This document shows, piece after piece, positions 1-7,698 of a stretch of 12,187 bases of DNA. The notes beneath the pieces are model-generated. The model made no database searches. It saw only the letters and a list, made by a program, of their open reading frames with translations, and was not told the DNA's origin. The position numbers and the translations under genes were made by a program. The DNA is from Planctomycetota bacterium (GTDB lineage Bacteria; Planctomycetota; GCA-002687715; DRQF01). The stretch lies in the NCBI GenBank assembly GCA_036479435.1, contig JAZGFI010000211.1, positions 1-12,187 on the forward strand, written 5' to 3'. Positions within the stretch are counted from its first letter, which is position 1. The number at the start of each line of letters is the position of its first letter.

Positions 1-124
1 AATCTTCCACCCCTACCCGGAACAACGCCTGTGCGTCATTACCTAAGGCAGGAGCCCAGTGCGATAATTCCGCTCGCTGGGATCTGTGCGGGGGGCCTCG
101 GGTGACCGAGGTCCCTACCGCGAC
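1..124 (+). mobile_element. Group II intron, 3' end (domains V and VI; class E/IIB-like)
   Basis: DV 52-84 is GAGCCCAGT-GCG-ATAATTC-CGC-TC-GCTGGGATC, with the AGC triad at 53-55 and a 2-nt bulge at 74-75. DVI 88-121 is GCGG/CCGC plus GGGGCCTCGG-GTGA-CCGAGGTCCC (GNRA loop), with bulged A117 as the 8th nt from a terminal AC (123-124). Confidence 0.9.
2..46 (+). CDS. C-terminal fragment of a group II intron reverse transcriptase/maturase (5'-partial)
   Basis: Frame from nt 2 reads IFHPYPEQRLCVIT* (TAA 44-46). This resembles the 'ILHP(W/Y)PxQR' tail I recall for endonuclease-less, class E-like intron-encoded proteins, and it stops 5 nt before domain V. Confidence 0.75.
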   Translation: MFHPYPEQRLCVIT

Positions 125-135
125 ACAGCAGGTTC

Positions 136-2775
136 TTAGTCGTTGGCTTTGGTTTTGTTGTCGACCTCTTGGCTGGCCTTGCTGTTGCTGGTCGGGAGTG
201 GGGGTTGGGGCTTTGTTTGCGGGCCCTTGCCAAGTTGTTGGAGGAGGTAGGCTTCGTACTTGCGTGCGCGATTGAGGCGTTGGATGTCGCCGCCGAGACC
301 GTGGCCACCGGTGGGATCTAAGAACAGTTCGACGAGGGTTTCTTTGTCGGCTTTTAGGAGCTCGCGATAGACGCGGACGGTGTCTTGGTAAAGGACATTC
401 GAGTCTTCCATGCCGTGGACGAGGAGGAGTTTGCTCTTGAGGTTTTTGGCGAGCGGCAAGAGCGAGTACTTTTTGAGATCGGGGGTTCCTTCGCGCGACT
501 TGCCGATGGTTCCGGTGGAATACCAAGAGTTGTAGTTTTCCCATTCCGTGGGGCCAGCGCCGGCGATGCCGACGGCGAAGACATCGGGTTCGGTGTAGAG
601 GCACATTTGGGTCTGGAACCCCCCAAAACTCCAGCCGTGAAGCGCCATCTTCTTTTCGTCAACGCCGTGCTCTTTGCAGAGAAAGTGGGCGCCGTCGACG
701 AGGTCCTCGACTTGCGGCTTACCGACTTGCTCGAAGTTGGCTTTCTCAAAAGCGCCGCCGTATCCGGACATTCCGCGGGGATCGATGGTCGCGGTGACCC
801 AGCCGTGTTTTTTGGCCATGTACATGGCGAGAAAGTAGCTGTCGTAGTGGTAGTTGCCCTCGGTGACCTGTTTGCGAGTGCCGAGAGGCCCGCCGTAGAC
901 GTAGAGCAAAAGTGGTCGCTTGTCGCTATCTGTCCAATCGTCGGGTTTGAAGACATGGCCGTGAATGCGATGGCCGTGCCGGTTCTTGAAGCTGAAGAAC
1001 TCGGGAGCCAAGCGCGTCAGCTCTAAGGTCGATTCGGGATGAGAATCGGTGAGCTTGCGCTGGGAGGATTTCTCGACGTCAAGGAAGACCAGTTCTTTTG
1101 GCTGCCCGAAACACTGGAAATTCGCCAGCGCAAAAAGCCCATTGGCACTCACGGCCGCATCGTTATAGACCCCGCGTTTCGAACTAAGGCGCACCATGGT
1201 CCCGGTGTCGATTTCGATGGAGTAAAGGTCTTGACAGGTTGAGTCTTCTTTAGTTGCCGTGACGTAGAGCTGTCGATGGTCCTTACTGATGGCGACGGGG
1301 TAGACCTCGTAGTGGCCATGAGTGAGTTGGTCGCAGCTTTCATAAAGCGGGTCAATGAGGTGGATATGGCGAAAACCGCTCTGCTCGCTGAGGATAACGA
1401 TCCGGGTACCATCGCGGTTGAAGTAAGGGCGCATCATGCGCGGCGTATTGGGCCCACCGTCGTGCGAGAATTCGTAGACCACACGGCTTTCCGCAGCCAG
1501 CTCGTCCTTCTTCTTTTTCTTGTCGGCGGCTTTCGAGTCGTCCTTCTTCGTTTTGTCTTCATCCGCCGAATCATCGTCGGCTTTCGCGGTTTCTTTGGCC
1601 GCGGGCTTCTTCGGCGTCTTCGGTTCAAGGTCGACTTGAACAACGCGGACCTTCTCGGTTTTCTGGTCGAATTCGACAAAGACGAGCTTCTTCGAGTCCA
1701 AAGACCAAGACGGCGTATTCAGGACATCGCGGGGGCCAGATAACTTATGGGACCAAGTGCGGCGGTGCCGAGAGGTTTCGAGCGCACTGTCGCCGATCTC
1801 GACGACGTAGATGGAGGTTTCACGGTCGCCAATCGGATCGTCCGACACCGTTCGAGGAACCTCTTTGACGTCCATGAAGCGTTTGCGGTATTGCGCGATT
1901 TTTACGTGCCGTGAACCACTTCGCCGCGCGCCTTTAGACGCGCGAATAACCAGTTTTTTGCCATCGGGGCTCAATCGAAAAGCGGAGAGGCTCTCGCCCT
2001 TGGCGAGCTTGGGATCGATTTCCTCGACGAAGTGAGAGCCAAACTTAACTCGTCGAATCCCTTCTTCGCGGAAGACGAAACCTTCGCCGTCAGGGGTGTA
2101 CTCATAGCCGCGTTCGGATGAGCTACGGGTCGCGGTCAGTCGCTCGATGGCTTCACTCTTGGCTTGGAATCGATAAAGGTCACCACCCGACGAAAAAATT
2201 AACTCCGATTTGTCAGGGGCCCACTTGAATGAAGAGACTCCATCCCACTTGGGGTCCTTTTTGTTTTTGTGGTCGTCTTTCGCGATGAAGTTCTCATCGT
2301 CGCCTTGCAATTTGTCGTTTTTTCTTTTGGCGGCGCTATCCTTCTTGCCCTTCTTGGCGGCCATTTCATCTTTAGTCTTTTTCGCCGCCTCCTTCCCAGC
2401 TTTCTTAGCCGCCTCGACTCGGTGTTCCGTGACTTTTCGTGCGGTCTTTCGGTAGATCTTCATCTTCGCGGCGGATGTGACACGACGGAGTTCACCGGTG
2501 GCGACCTCGAACAAATAGAGATCAGAACCGTGTCGGCGCTCCACGTGGGGCCGCCACAAAAAGGCGGCGTAGAGTCCATCGGCTGAAAACTGAGCGCTTC
2601 TTGCCGAGGGCCCGAAGAGACCCTTCTTTGGGAACAGGTCCTTGAGCTCGAGCCCTCCCGCCTCGTCTTTGGAGACTTCCGGCGGAGCTTGTTTCTCTTT
2701 CAGTGCCTGTGAGGGGAGATTGGCAGGGGTGGCCAGGGCGAGCGCAAGGGCGACGAAGCGAAGACGGCTAAACAC
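136..2775 (-). CDS. S9 family (DPP-IV-like) serine peptidase, exported, 879 aa
   Basis: Nucleophile motif GWSFGG (619-636), catalytic Asp in HGMEDSNV and His in GGHGL, VYGGP motif, N-terminal beta-propeller repeats (FSADG, WAPD, YTPDG, LSPDG). Start reassigned to GTG at 2775, which has a GGAG SD 9 nt upstream and precedes a signal peptide (FSRLRFVALALALATPANLPSQA). Confidence 0.9.
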   Translation of the reverse strand: MFSRLRFVALALALATPANLPSQALKEKQAPPEVSKDEAGGLELKDLFPKKGLFGPSARSAQFSADGLYAAFLWRPHVERRHGSDLYLFEVATGELRRVTSAAKMKIYRKTARKVTEHRVEAAKKAGKEAAKKTKDEMAAKKGKKDSAAKRKNDKLQGDDENFIAKDDHKNKKDPKWDGVSSFKWAPDKSELIFSSGGDLYRFQAKSEAIERLTATRSSSERGYEYTPDGEGFVFREEGIRRVKFGSHFVEEIDPKLAKGESLSAFRLSPDGKKLVIRASKGARRSGSRHVKIAQYRKRFMDVKEVPRTVSDDPIGDRETSIYVVEIGDSALETSRHRRTWSHKLSGPRDVLNTPSWSLDSKKLVFVEFDQKTEKVRVVQVDLEPKTPKKPAAKETAKADDDSADEDKTKKDDSKAADKKKKKDELAAESRVVYEFSHDGGPNTPRMMRPYFNRDGTRIVILSEQSGFRHIHLIDPLYESCDQLTHGHYEVYPVAISKDHRQLYVTATKEDSTCQDLYSIEIDTGTMVRLSSKRGVYNDAAVSANGLFALANFQCFGQPKELVFLDVEKSSQRKLTDSHPESTLELTRLAPEFFSFKNRHGHRIHGHVFKPDDWTDSDKRPLLLYVYGGPLGTRKQVTEGNYHYDSYFLAMYMAKKHGWVTATIDPRGMSGYGGAFEKANFEQVGKPQVEDLVDGAHFLCKEHGVDEKKMALHGWSFGGFQTQMCLYTEPDVFAVGIAGAGPTEWENYNSWYSTGTIGKSREGTPDLKKYSLLPLAKNLKSKLLLVHGMEDSNVLYQDTVRVYRELLKADKETLVELFLDPTGGHGLGGDIQRLNRARKYEAYLLQQLGKGPQTKPQPPLPTSNSKASQEVDNKTKAND

Positions 2776-3097
2776 GGAATGCGGCTCCAAGCTGGGGCTG
2801 AAGATGAAGAAAGCCAGGTTGGGGCCGATTGGCTCACTCGGGTGGGGACCGAGTCCAAGTCTATCCCAACTTCCGCCCGCTGTGCATTCCCCGGACTTTT
2901 CATAACAGTGCGACACAATTTGTCGCTTCGCGGGTTATTCCGAATGGGTCAGATACTCAGTGTTTGCCATCATTTATCCAGTGCAGTTGACGGCGATTAA
3001 GGCCTCCAGCACGCAGATCACGGCAACTCATTTGTTTTCAGGCCTTTCCGATGTCGTACCTCGGCTCAAAACCCAAATCCGGTGACTCGAGTATCCT

Positions 3098-3781
3098 ATG
3101 AACCAACTCCAACGCGACCTTTTGCGCCGAAGGATCACGGAGAAGTTCACGCGGAACCCCGCGCGTCCTGGGGATCGGTCTGCGGCGGTTTTGTTGCCAA
3201 TTGTCGATCGCATCGAACCCGCGGTCGTCGGTATTTGGCGTGCTCAGCACGGGATTCACGGTGGACAATTCTGTTTCCCGGGGGGCAGTGTCGAAGCCGG
3301 GGATGAAAATGCCTGGGAAACCGCAATTCGCGAAACACGCGAAGAAATCGGTTTGGAGGACCCCGTGGAGTCTCTAAGTGGTCTGGGTGAATACAACACC
3401 CACGTTTCGAGCTTTCGAGTCGACGTTCATGTCGGTTTCGTAGATGGCAATCCTCGGTGGCGACGGCAGCCGTCGGAAGTCGAGGCCATCCTTGAGATAC
3501 CTCTGTCGTTCCTGCAAGGTCTCCACGCAAGACTGCCCAAAGTTGAAGATGTGTGGGATTTGCCGATCGACGCCGGCTACGATCTTGATCCCTCGCCCTT
3601 TTTAATCGACGGCGAGCTTCCCGAGCGCGGCGCAGGACATCGCTTGGAAGCCGCCGAGGGGCCCCGAGATATGCCCTTCATTTGGGGCTTGTCCGCCAGA
3701 GTCCTGTACGACTTCTTAAACCGAGCCTGGGAACCGGCCCTGGAAGACATGAAGAGTTCGCGCCGTATCCGGCGTCCCTGA
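3098..3781 (+). CDS. Nudix hydrolase, CoA pyrophosphatase (NudL/Nudt7-like)
   Basis: Nudix box GGSVEAGDENAWETAIRETREEIG, preceded by AAVLLP...HGGQFCFPGG and followed by SEVEAILEIPL and IWGLSARVL, typical of CoA-diphosphatases. Confidence 0.85.
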   Translation: MNQLQRDLLRRRITEKFTRNPARPGDRSAAVLLPIVDRIEPAVVGIWRAQHGIHGGQFCFPGGSVEAGDENAWETAIRETREEIGLEDPVESLSGLGEYNTHVSSFRVDVHVGFVDGNPRWRRQPSEVEAILEIPLSFLQGLHARLPKVEDVWDLPIDAGYDLDPSPFLIDGELPERGAGHRLEAAEGPRDMPFIWGLSARVLYDFLNRAWEPALEDMKSSRRIRRP

Positions 3782-3817
3782 GTTCCCAAAGAGCAGCCAT
3801 CTCGCTACAACGCTCTC

Positions 3818-4762
3818 ATGGCTACTTCGCTCCCCACGCCTGCCACCACGCTGCCAGAAACAGACCTCACTTCTCCGGCTGATTCGGCCTTTGCAAAGTC
3901 CTTGGCTCTGGGCGCCAATTTTGTGCGCTGGCTGCTGATGGCATTAAACCTGTCTTGTCTCGATGCACCCTTGGTTGCCGTCACTTGGCAAGCGTTCGCC
4001 GCAGACGTTTTTCAGATTCAACTTAGCGGTTCGCGTGTCGCCTTGTTAGCCCTCGCGATTTGGTGTGCTTACGCCGGAGATCGTTGGTTGGACGGGTTTC
4101 GCTTGACGTCCAAAAGTGCTTCCCCACGTCATCGTTTCGCGCGGCGTTTTCGTATTGAGATGGCAGTGGTTCTGTTCCTAGGCATCGCCGCGGCGCTCGT
4201 CATCGCGGGGAGAGAACTCTCCGGAGGAATTGCTTTTTCCTCTTGGTTACTCGCTGGCACCGCCTTGGTGTTTATCGCCGGGACGTTTACGTCGCCGACT
4301 CTGTTTCGAGCGCGGCTGCCGCGCGAGTTGATTGTGGGATCGTTAGTCGCGGCTGCGGTGTGCCTGTTTCCTTTTGAGGCTCCAAGCGAATCCCTGTTCC
4401 CCAAGATGGTATTCGCGGCATCGATCGCTTTGTTGTTTGCCACCAATGGTTTGGTCATTGCGCGCAGCGAGCATCCCCGTGACTTGCTTTTGGGAGAGGC
4501 GAGCGCGGCGACGCGGTGGCCCCGAGTCATGGAAAAACTGCGACCATTTTTGTGGATTGCCATGGCCACCAGCGCGACGATCAGCTTGGCGGCGGGGTTT
4601 GCCCTTTCGTCGGCAGCACCGTCGGTCGTCTTGGCGATTCTGGCGATCGCCTTCGCCGGCTTGCTGTGGGTCGACCGATCGAAGATCGCAACCGACCTCA
4701 AGCCCGTGGCCGCGGATCTCGCCTTGCTCGCTCCTTGGCTCATGCTGTTTTATGAACTTTGA
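3818..4762 (+). CDS. Multi-pass membrane protein, divergent UbiA-prenyltransferase-like
   Basis: About 8-9 hydrophobic segments. YAGDRWLD and NGLVIARSEHPRDLLLGEASAA resemble degenerate versions of the two UbiA acidic motifs. Stop overlaps the next gene. Exact start and function uncertain. Confidence 0.6.
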   Translation: MATSLPTPATTLPETDLTSPADSAFAKSLALGANFVRWLLMALNLSCLDAPLVAVTWQAFAADVFQIQLSGSRVALLALAIWCAYAGDRWLDGFRLTSKSASPRHRFARRFRIEMAVVLFLGIAAALVIAGRELSGGIAFSSWLLAGTALVFIAGTFTSPTLFRARLPRELIVGSLVAAAVCLFPFEAPSESLFPKMVFAASIALLFATNGLVIARSEHPRDLLLGEASAATRWPRVMEKLRPFLWIAMATSATISLAAGFALSSAAPSVVLAILAIAFAGLLWVDRSKIATDLKPVAADLALLAPWLMLFYEL

Positions 4763-5453
4763 TCGCATTGCTCCTTACTTTCGCCCCTTGGAGTGGCTGT
4801 TGTTTCAAGACTCCATGCAACGCGCGCGCGAGTGCCATCTGTCGAAAGTTAGAGATGCCCGATCCATTTTAGTTCTCGGCGAAGGCGACGGCAGATTTGT
4901 CGAAGCTCTGTTAAGGGCCTCGTCGCCCAGAGGGCGCCACATCGAGATCCTGGACTCAAGCAGGCGCATGTTGGGGCTCGCGAAGAAGCGTTTGCAACGA
5001 TCGGGGATTGACCCTAAGGCCATCGCCGGTATTAGATGGCGACCAGAAGACCTGCGTGGTGCTGATCTCGGCCAACAGCGATTTGATCTGGTCGTGACGC
5101 CCTTCGTCTTGGATTGCTTCTCCGCTGAGAGCCTAGAAAAAATCGTGCCGAGCATCGCCTCCAGCCTGCAGCCGGGTGGACACTGGCTCCACATCGACTT
5201 TCGCGAGGCAAAGACGCCCCGGTGGGCACGCTGGCGGAGCCGCGCTTGGCTCTTCGCCTTGTACGCGTTTTTTCGGCGAACCGTCGATCTGGAGGCTCGC
5301 GAGCTCCACGATCTCGAGCCTCTCATGAGAGGGTATTCCCTCAAACGGCAGTCAAATACCCGATTTCGCGGCGGACTCATTGAGGCGAGTTTGTGGGAGA
5401 GCTTTACGCCGGGGCAAGCATCGGGGAAGATCACGCAGGGAGAAACAACTTGA
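4752..5453 (+). CDS. Class I SAM-dependent methyltransferase, 233 aa
   Basis: True start is ATG 4752 (MNFDRIAPYFRPLEWLLF), overlapping the upstream stop. Motif I ILVLGEGDGRF, acidic ILDSSRRML, FDLVVTPFVLDCF, LQPGGHWLHIDF. Confidence 0.85.
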   Translation: MNFDRIAPYFRPLEWLLFQDSMQRARECHLSKVRDARSILVLGEGDGRFVEALLRASSPRGRHIEILDSSRRMLGLAKKRLQRSGIDPKAIAGIRWRPEDLRGADLGQQRFDLVVTPFVLDCFSAESLEKIVPSIASSLQPGGHWLHIDFREAKTPRWARWRSRAWLFALYAFFRRTVDLEARELHDLEPLMRGYSLKRQSNTRFRGGLIEASLWESFTPGQASGKITQGETT

Positions 5454-6883
5454 CCAACATTTCCATCAGTTTTCTCGGCGCGGCCGAGGGAGTCACGGGC
5501 TCGCGACACATGCTGGACGTCGACGGCACCAGGGTCCTCGTCGACTGCGGGCTTTTTCAGGGCCGCCGCAGCGAGGCGCGTGAGCGCAACCGGGATCTCG
5601 GCGTAGATCCCCAGACCGTGGACCAAGTGGTGCTGACTCACGCCCATATCGACCACAGCGGAGCGCTGCCCATTTTTTGTCGCGACGGCTTTCGCGGCTT
5701 TATCCACGGTACCGGTGCGACCGTCGACTTGGCCCAGATCATGTTGCGCGACTCTGGGCACATTCAAGAGTCCGATGCACGGCACTTCAATCGACGTCTG
5801 ATGAAAGACGCCCGTCGCAAGGGAAAAAAGCACGTCAACCCCGACCTCGAGATCCAACCGCTCTACACCGTCGAAGACGCGGCTCTTTGCGATGCGAAAT
5901 TCAAAACGATTGGCTACCAGCAACGGCGTGAGATCGAGCCCGGAATTTTTATCGAACTCTTCGACCAAGGCCACATCATCGGCTCTGCTTCGGTTTTGGT
6001 CACGGTGGAGCGCGGCGCAAAGCCCTTTCGCATTGTCTTTAGCGGTGACCGCGGACGATCACACAAACCAATTCTTCGCGACCCGCAACCTTACCCCGAA
6101 TGCGACGTGCTTTTGACCGAGACGACCTACGGCAATCGACGTCACGAGAACGCCGTCGACATGGAAGCGCGGCTTGCCGAAGTTCTGAAACCGCTCGTTG
6201 AGCGCCCAGGCCGAGCGATCATCCCCGCGTTTTCAGTCGGCCGTACCCAGAACATCCTCTATCACCTGCATGAGATCTTTTCGAAGGGGACACTGCCTCA
6301 GATGCCAGTCTACGTCGACAGTCCCCTGTCGAGGCGAGCCACCAAAGTCTATGCCAACCACCCCGAGTGCTATGACCAAGAAACGAAGGCTTTGCTTAGC
6401 GATCGCAAGAATCCGCTCCATTTTGAGGGCTTGCGCTACGTCGAGAGCGTCGAGGAATCGAAGTCTCTTAACGACGTCGACGGTCCTGCCGTTATCATCT
6501 CGGCGTCGGGGATGTGCGAGGGCGGGCGCATTCTGCACCACCTAAAACGAAGCGTTGAACGTGAAAACGACGTGATCTTGATCGTCGGTTGGCAAGCGCC
6601 CAATACTCTGGGCCGTCGCATTCGCGAACGCGAACGCGAGGTACGGATCTTTGGCAAGACCTATGAGCTCAACGCACGCGTCGAAACTATGAACGGGCTC
6701 TCGGCTCATGCCGACCGTGATGATCTCGTGGAGTCCGTTGCCCACTTGAAAGACAGTTTGCAGACCTTGTTTCTCGTCCACGGCGAGCGCGTCCAAAGTG
6801 AGCCCTTTCAAAAGCGCCTCCTTGGTCTCGGGCACCGCGACGTGAGAATCGCGGAGCTGGGCCAAACTGTTCAGCTGACCTAA
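5450..6883 (+). CDS. MBL-fold beta-CASP metallo-hydrolase/ribonuclease (YSH1/TTHA0252-like)
   Basis: FLGAAEGVTGS, LVDCGLFQG, THAHIDHSG, GHIIGS, FSGD, ETTYG, PAFSVGR, SASGMCEGGRILHH, SAHAD and LVHGE motifs. TTG start at 5450 in a TTGA overlap with the upstream stop; GGGAG SD at 5438-5442. Confidence 0.92.
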   Translation: MTNISISFLGAAEGVTGSRHMLDVDGTRVLVDCGLFQGRRSEARERNRDLGVDPQTVDQVVLTHAHIDHSGALPIFCRDGFRGFIHGTGATVDLAQIMLRDSGHIQESDARHFNRRLMKDARRKGKKHVNPDLEIQPLYTVEDAALCDAKFKTIGYQQRREIEPGIFIELFDQGHIIGSASVLVTVERGAKPFRIVFSGDRGRSHKPILRDPQPYPECDVLLTETTYGNRRHENAVDMEARLAEVLKPLVERPGRAIIPAFSVGRTQNILYHLHEIFSKGTLPQMPVYVDSPLSRRATKVYANHPECYDQETKALLSDRKNPLHFEGLRYVESVEESKSLNDVDGPAVIISASGMCEGGRILHHLKRSVERENDVILIVGWQAPNTLGRRIREREREVRIFGKTYELNARVETMNGLSAHADRDDLVESVAHLKDSLQTLFLVHGERVQSEPFQKRLLGLGHRDVRIAELGQTVQLT

Positions 6884-6909
6884 GCGCTGAGCGGCGCAAG
6901 GAAGAACGA

Positions 6910-7578
6910 ATGAAACGCCAGGAGAAGGCCGATCGAATTGCCGAGATTCTCGCCGGACTCTATCCCCGCACGCCGATTCCGCTGGACCATCGTGACCCTT
7001 ACACCTTGTTGGTGGCCGTGTTGTTGTCGGCCCAATGCACGGACGTTCGCGTCAACGAAGTGACTCCGGCGCTTTGGCGCCTCGCCGACAATCCCCGGAG
7101 CATGGCGAGAAAACCAGTCGACGCGATCCGTGCCATCATTCGGCCTTGCGGCCTCTCGCCGTCTAAGTCCAAGGCAATCCGCGGGCTCTCCCAGATTCTC
7201 TTGGACCAACACGGTGGGCAGGTTCCTCAGACCTTCGAAGCTCTGGAGGCGCTCCCGGGCGTGGGGCATAAGACAGCAAGCGTCGTGATGTCTCAGGCCT
7301 TTGGGTTTCCCGCTTTTCCCGTCGATACGCACATCCTCCGCCTGGCGGCTCGTTGGGGTTTGTCAAAAGCCCGCAATGTGGATGAAGTAGAACGCGACCT
7401 CAAACGTCTCTTCCCCGAGGAGTCCTGGAATGCCCTGCATCTAAGGATAATCTTTTTTGGGCGCGAACATTGCCCGGCGCGTAGCCACGATCTGCGGACC
7501 TGCAAGATCTGCTCATGGGCTGCGACCAAAAAGCGAATCGCCGAAGAAAGAGCGCGTCTGCCAGCATCTCGCCGTTGA
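6910..7578 (+). CDS. nth: Endonuclease III (HhH-GPD DNA glycosylase/AP lyase)
   Basis: LLVAVLLSAQCTDVRVN, HhH motif LPGVGHKTA with catalytic Lys, VDTH with catalytic Asp, C-terminal Cys cluster of atypical spacing. Confidence 0.93.
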   Translation: MKRQEKADRIAEILAGLYPRTPIPLDHRDPYTLLVAVLLSAQCTDVRVNEVTPALWRLADNPRSMARKPVDAIRAIIRPCGLSPSKSKAIRGLSQILLDQHGGQVPQTFEALEALPGVGHKTASVVMSQAFGFPAFPVDTHILRLAARWGLSKARNVDEVERDLKRLFPEESWNALHLRIIFFGREHCPARSHDLRTCKICSWAATKKRIAEERARLPASRR

Positions 7579-7683
7579 ATCGCCAGCCGAGGCTGGCTTC
7601 GGCCACAAGGCGGCTGGCCTCGTCTATAAGTCGGGGAGCGGACTGTTATGCTTTTCGAGCTCAATAGCACTTGCTTCCATCGA

Positions 7684-7698
7684 AAGGAGTGATCGATG
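7684..7698 (+). promoter_or_regulatory. Ribosome-binding site of the TlpA-like gene
   Basis: AAGGAG at 7684-7689, 6 nt before ATG 7696. Confidence 0.8.

Noticed and set aside
1..124. tRNA (including tRNA-Sec) or simple terminator
   Set aside because: No cloverleaf, T-loop or CCA end; the sequence fits group II intron DV/DVI much better. I found no selC or other sel gene in the window.
2776..2916. 47-aa N-terminal extension of the peptidase in the ORF track
   Set aside because: GTG 2775 has an SD and is directly followed by a signal peptide; the extension looks non-coding.
4374..4751. Arg/Trp/Cys-rich N-terminal extension of the methyltransferase ORF
   Set aside because: Alternate-frame overlap with the membrane-protein gene; methyltransferase-like sequence begins at ATG 4752.
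4805..5974. 389-aa antisense ORF, and similar shadow ORFs such as 385..1026, 354..956, 4129..4743 and 6880..7332
   Set aside because: They overlap well-supported genes, have no recognisable motifs, and are expected in GC-rich coding DNA.
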